NCBI GenBank assembly: GCA_043228905.1
Contig: JBHGNT010000004.1
Location: 25,854,001 to 25,918,000, forward strand
Length of the DNA: 64,000 nucleotides
Source of the DNA: Azolla caroliniana
Taxonomy: Eukaryota > Plantae > Polypodiophyta
Direction: 5' to 3'
How positions within the stretch are numbered: the stretch's first letter is position 1; every line of letters starts with the position of its first letter. Shown here one piece after another: positions 63,726 through 64,000 of this stretch. The notes beneath the pieces were generated by a model. That model saw only the letters and a program-made list of their open reading frames with translations, ran no database searches and was not told where the DNA came from. A program made the translations under genes and the position numbers.

Positions 63726-64000
63726 CAACTTATGTTTAAATTCAAATTTTAAAATTTTAAAATTTTCATTATTTCAAATTTCAAAATTTCTAGATTTTAA
63801 AGATTTTTCTAAAATGTAAGAATTAGGCTTAAAAATGTTTTTGGGTTTCTCGGCTCGATGGCCGAATGGTGGCTCGTCTTTGACTTCCCTTGGTTGGCTT
63901 GTGTCCATTGATCAACTGATTGACTATTATTCGGTTGATGCATTGTACTCGTCGATTATTGTACTCCCTCCTCAAGCTCGATAATGCAGATGTCATTAGA

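Overview
AT-rich eukaryotic nuclear DNA from a seed-free land plant, probably a fern. The taxon is inferred from flagellar-type genes, PLS-PPR remnants and an unedited mitochondrial insertion. Four intron-rich protein genes were reconstructed by hand with consistent splice phases: the 5' part of the phytocalpain DEK1 (minus, 19 coding exons, runs off the left edge), a TTLL6/13-type tubulin polyglutamylase (plus, 7 exons, one GC-AG intron), a TSNAXIP1-like coiled-coil protein (minus, 9 exons) and augmin subunit AUG3/HAUS3 (minus, 18 exons). The ~25 kb between DEK1 and the TTLL gene is decayed accessory DNA. It contains LINEs of two types (L1/zf-RVT remnants and an RTEX-like family), a solo LTR with a perfect TSD, tRNA-derived SINE-like copies, a PPR pseudogene, a nad6 NUMT and tandem duplications. 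The most notable observations are a covarying 3' stem-loop shared by four RTEX-like copies (one only 60 bp long with an 11-bp TSD), the nad6 NUMT that keeps pre-editing codons, three adjacent microtubule/cilium genes, and back-to-back uORFs over the DEK1 start. All identifications come from motif recall, not database searches.
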